DNA from: Acutalibacteraceae bacterium
Lineage (GTDB): Bacteria > Bacillota > Clostridia > Oscillospirales > Acutalibacteraceae
Reading direction: 5' to 3'
Assembly: GCA_045601505.1 (NCBI GenBank)
Contig: JAZRZS010000029.1
Coordinates: 1 to 43,626, forward strand
Length of the DNA stretch: 43,626 nucleotides
Below, piece by piece: positions 40,883-43,626 of the stretch. The position numbers and the translations under genes are program-made. Positions within the stretch are counted from its first letter, which is position 1, and each line of letters begins with the position of its first letter. The notes below the pieces were generated by a model that was not told the DNA's origin, did not search any database, and saw only the letters and a list, made by a program, of their open reading frames with translations.

Positions 40883-41062
40883 AAAAAATCTCCTTGACAA
40901 ACCAAAAAACTGTTTTTATGGTTAAAAAATGCAGTTGAAAGATGAAAATATTATAACAAAAAACGCTTCTTTTTTCAAGCCTCTTAGAATCGTGGAAAGG
41001 ATGTTATGGAAATAAATATGAATTTCAAAAACAACATTTGCAAAGGACAGGAGGTGTAACAT

Positions 41063-41791
41063 ATGTCAATAAGAACATATAAAAAAGGCAGCAAAACAAG
41101 GGTTTCAAGCAACTTTTTAGCGTCAGAATTTTGTTGCAAGGGCAATGGTTGTTGTGTTTGTGCTAAAATAGATACTTCCCTTGTGGAATGTTTACAGAAA
41201 ATCCGCAACCATTTCGGCGCACCCACTACAATCAACAGCGGTTACCGATGTGAAAAACACAATAAGGCAGTAGGCGGGGCTTCATCCTCATATCATATAA
41301 AAGGAATGGCGGCGGATATAGTCGTGTCAGGTGTAAAACCATTAGAGGTAGCAAAATACGCTGAAAGCATAGGCATTTTAGGCATAGGTCTATATGATGA
41401 TTTTGTGCATATAGATACGCGCAAACAAAAGGCTTTTTGGTATTCGCACAAAGAGGAGAAAAGAAACAGTTTTCTAGAGGAAAATGCTATAAAGAAATGG
41501 CAACAGGCGGCGATTTTGGACGGTTTTGTGCTAAAATACGGTGCAGACGGAATATGGGGCGCTGAGTGTGAAGCGTTGGCTAAAAAAGCGGTTTGCCAGA
41601 AACAGATATTGGGTTATAGCAAACACAACCTTGTAAAAATAATTCAAAAAGCGGTTGGAGTAACGCAAGACGGCAAGTTTGGAAAGGATACGAAAAATGC
41701 GGTTGTTGCATACCAAAAAAATAACGGACTTAAGGCAGACGGTGTTGTTGGCTATAACACTTGGAAAAAGATTTTAGGGGTGGCAAAATGA
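41063..41791 (+). CDS. Phage-type endolysin: Peptidase_M15 (zinc D-Ala-D-Ala carboxypeptidase-like) domain plus a PG_binding_1 domain
   Basis: RBS is AGGAGG. M15 motifs are INSGYRCEKHNKAVGGASSSYHIKGMAADI and DFVHIDTR. The C-terminal peptidoglycan-binding repeat is IQKAVGVTQDGKFGKDTKNAVVAYQKNNGLKADGVVGYNTWKKIL. Confidence 0.85.
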   Translation: MSIRTYKKGSKTRVSSNFLASEFCCKGNGCCVCAKIDTSLVECLQKIRNHFGAPTTINSGYRCEKHNKAVGGASSSYHIKGMAADIVVSGVKPLEVAKYAESIGILGIGLYDDFVHIDTRKQKAFWYSHKEEKRNSFLEENAIKKWQQAAILDGFVLKYGADGIWGAECEALAKKAVCQKQILGYSKHNLVKIIQKAVGVTQDGKFGKDTKNAVVAYQKNNGLKADGVVGYNTWKKILGVAK

Positions 41792-42081
41792 CAACAGACG
41801 AGAGAATTGCCGTGTTGGAAGCCAACGACCGAAACATTTTTCATCAACTTGACGAAATGAAAGAAGAAATCAAGGTTATGCGCGAACTCATAGCGGCGGT
41901 ACAGCATTTAGCCGATAAAACCGAAAACAATACCGAGCTTTTGCAAAAGGTGGATAAGCGGTTAGAGAACATCGAAAGCGCACCGCTTGACGACCTTAAA
42001 CACTATAAACGAGTGGCAGTTGCCGCAATCATAACCGGTATTGTGTCGGCGGTGTTGGGTGCTGTATTGGCTTTAATATAA
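41788..42081 (+). CDS. XhlA-like lysis accessory protein (N-terminal coiled coil, C-terminal TM)
   Basis: Its ATG overlaps the endolysin stop (ATGA). The sequence reads ERIAVLEANDRNIFHQLDEMKEEIKVMRE... and the TM is VAVAAIITGIVSAVLGAVLALI. Confidence 0.5.
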   Translation: MTTDERIAVLEANDRNIFHQLDEMKEEIKVMRELIAAVQHLADKTENNTELLQKVDKRLENIESAPLDDLKHYKRVAVAAIITGIVSAVLGAVLALI

Positions 42082-42094
42082 GGAGGTGATACGC

Positions 42095-42349
42095 GTGGAT
42101 TTTTTGCAAGACTATGTTGTTTTGATAGTGCTGGGAATTTGTGTTTGTGTTGGCTACATAATTAAAAATCTTGTGCCGACCGATAAAATAAACCGTTTCA
42201 TTCCGCTTATAATGGGGGTTTTGGGCATAGCGCTCAATGTTTGGCTTGAACGCGCATTAACCCCAAAAACCGTTCTGGGTGGACTTGTATCGGGACTTGC
42301 GTCAACAGGGCTTTATGAAATGTTTAAGACATTTATAACTAAAAAATAG
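42095..42349 (+). CDS. Phage holin-family small membrane protein
   Basis: GTG 42095 lies 8 nt after AGGAGG. The protein is 84 aa with 2-3 TM helices (DYVVLIVLGICVCVGYIIKNL, IPLIMGVLGIALNVWL, VLGGLVSGLASTGLYEMF) and a basic C-terminus. It sits next to the endolysin. Confidence 0.6.
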   Translation: MDFLQDYVVLIVLGICVCVGYIIKNLVPTDKINRFIPLIMGVLGIALNVWLERALTPKTVLGGLVSGLASTGLYEMFKTFITKK

Positions 42350-42360
42350 AATAAAACAAG

Positions 42361-42404
42361 ACACACCGAATGTTAATAAAAAATTAACTTTCGGTGTGTT
42401 TTTA
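42361..42404 (+). terminator. Terminator after the lysis cassette
   Basis: Stem ACACACCGAA / TTCGGTGTGT followed by TTTT. Confidence 0.7.
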
Positions 42405-42483
42405 GTTAAAATGAAAGCGTTTTGTTGTAAAGCAGAAATATTTGTGGTAAAATAACGGTGTACTTTAAATTAGGGGTGATAGA

Positions 42484-43626
42484 ATGAAAAAGCAAAAAGC
42501 GAACAGGTCTATAATGGGGATAGCGCTGTGTATTTGCTGCCTGTTTATAGGATTTGCAGCTTTTTTTGCGGCTATTTGGTATATTCGTACTTATGGCAAT
42601 GTCGGCTTTGATTCTATCCTTTATACCTTTTTTTCACAGGTTTCGGGCGTTCAAAGCACACTCGTTTACGAATATCTTTTGTGGGGATTGGCGCCCAGTG
42701 TCATAGCCACCGCCGCAATTTCTTTTTTACTTTTTCACACACCAAAAAAAGAAAGATATATCAAACTCAAAAGCGGAAAAGAAATAGTGGTTTATCCCTT
42801 TTCGCGCAAGGTATCAAAAATAATAGCGCTTTGTCTTGCGGTAACACTTGCCCTTGTGGCAACCTTTACATCTCGTCTTAGCCGTTTTCTTTATTTCTGT
42901 GTTCAGAATACGGGCATTTTTGTGACCGACTATGTTTCACCCGATGATGTTAAAATCAAATTCCCAGAGGAGAAACGCAACCTCATATATATATACCTTG
43001 AATCTATGGAAACCACTTATATGGCTAGTGAGCATGGCGGTGCACGTGAAGACGAGATAGTACCGGAACTTTATTCCCTTGCAAACGATAACATAAACTT
43101 TTCGCATACCGATAAGGTGGGAGGTTTTTATGCAGTTTCGGGCGCAAATTGGACAGCTGCTTCAATGGTTGCGCAAACATCGGGAATTCCGCTTAAACCA
43201 CCCGCAATTTTGGCAAAAGACCAGTTTGGTAAAGATTTGTTTTTGCCCGGTGTTACTACAATAACCGATATTTTAAAAGAAGAGGGATATTACCAAGCCC
43301 TTATGGTCGGTTCAGATGCGGCGTTCGCCAACCGGGACCGCTATTATAAACAGCACGGCATTGACAAAATTTATGATGTTTATACCGCAAAACAGGACGG
43401 TATTATAGGAAAAGATTATTGGGCTTGGTGGGGAATGGAAGATAACCGCCTTTACGATTATGCAAAACTAGAACTGCCCAAAATCGCAAACAAAGGAGAA
43501 CCGTTTGTCTTTAATCTGCTTACGGTTGATACCCATCATATAGACGGCTATCTCTGTTCGGAGTGCGGCCGCGCAAGAGAGGAACAGTATGACAATGTAC
43601 TTGCCTGTGCAAGTCGACAACTATAT
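42484..43626 (+). CDS. LTA synthase (LtaS)/sulfatase-family membrane protein, 3' end truncated by the window edge
   Basis: The frame is open from ATG 42484 (RBS AGGGGTGA) to the window end, which is why it is not in the ORF track. N-terminal TM helices are followed by an extracellular domain carrying NLIYIYLESMETTY, GANWTAASMVAQTSGIP and LTVDTHH, typical of LtaS-type phosphoglycerol transferases. Confidence 0.8.
   Translation, partial: MKKQKANRSIMGIALCICCLFIGFAAFFAAIWYIRTYGNVGFDSILYTFFSQVSGVQSTLVYEYLLWGLAPSVIATAAISFLLFHTPKKERYIKLKSGKEIVVYPFSRKVSKIIALCLAVTLALVATFTSRLSRFLYFCVQNTGIFVTDYVSPDDVKIKFPEEKRNLIYIYLESMETTYMASEHGGAREDEIVPELYSLANDNINFSHTDKVGGFYAVSGANWTAASMVAQTSGIPLKPPAILAKDQFGKDLFLPGVTTITDILKEEGYYQALMVGSDAAFANRDRYYKQHGIDKIYDVYTAKQDGIIGKDYWAWWGMEDNRLYDYAKLELPKIANKGEPFVFNLLTVDTHHIDGYLCSECGRAREEQYDNVLACASRQLY

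Noticed and set aside
42681-42881. 66-aa ORF on the + strand
   Set aside because: It is out of frame inside the open-ended LtaS-family gene (42484 to the window end), which has clear sulfatase/LtaS motifs.

Overview
The window looks like a low-GC Firmicute chromosome, probably a Clostridia or Ruminococcaceae-like spore-former, given spoIIID, a type I dockerin and SipW-type peptidases. The 5' end (1-1640) holds an initiator tRNA-Met with its terminator, an odd array of small hairpins, an XRE repressor with a divergent promoter and operator, and two decayed gene fragments. From 1645 to 34213 there are 17 co-directional, tightly packed + strand genes. These are: a 2637-aa dockerin-bearing surface protein; a membrane-anchored FIVAR protein; a doubly degenerate HD-GYP/EAL protein; eight proteins with TasA/CalY-style (SipW-type) signal peptides; two SipW-type signal peptidases with charged C-terminal tails; a membrane-anchored McrB-like AAA+ NTPase with a nuclease-less McrC-N/DUF2357-like coiled-coil partner; an Lgt-like membrane enzyme; and a membrane-anchored BspA-type LRR protein. 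Five of the eight signal-bearing proteins form a paralogous family I cannot name (332 to 1542 aa). I read this as a candidate undescribed SipW-dependent extracellular fibre or appendage assembly system, possibly sensing c-di-GMP and using an unusual McrBC-derived motor. The last 9 kb (34.2-43.6 kb) is ordinary: a SodC remnant, a small membrane protein, mntP, spoIIID, a GNAT, a metY-metA operon, rubrerythrin, acyl-ACP thioesterase, an orphan phage-type lysis cassette (M15 endolysin, XhlA-like, holin) and a 3'-truncated LtaS-family gene. I saw no CRISPR array, transposase, integrase or rRNA. All functional calls come from reading motifs by eye. No database search was run.
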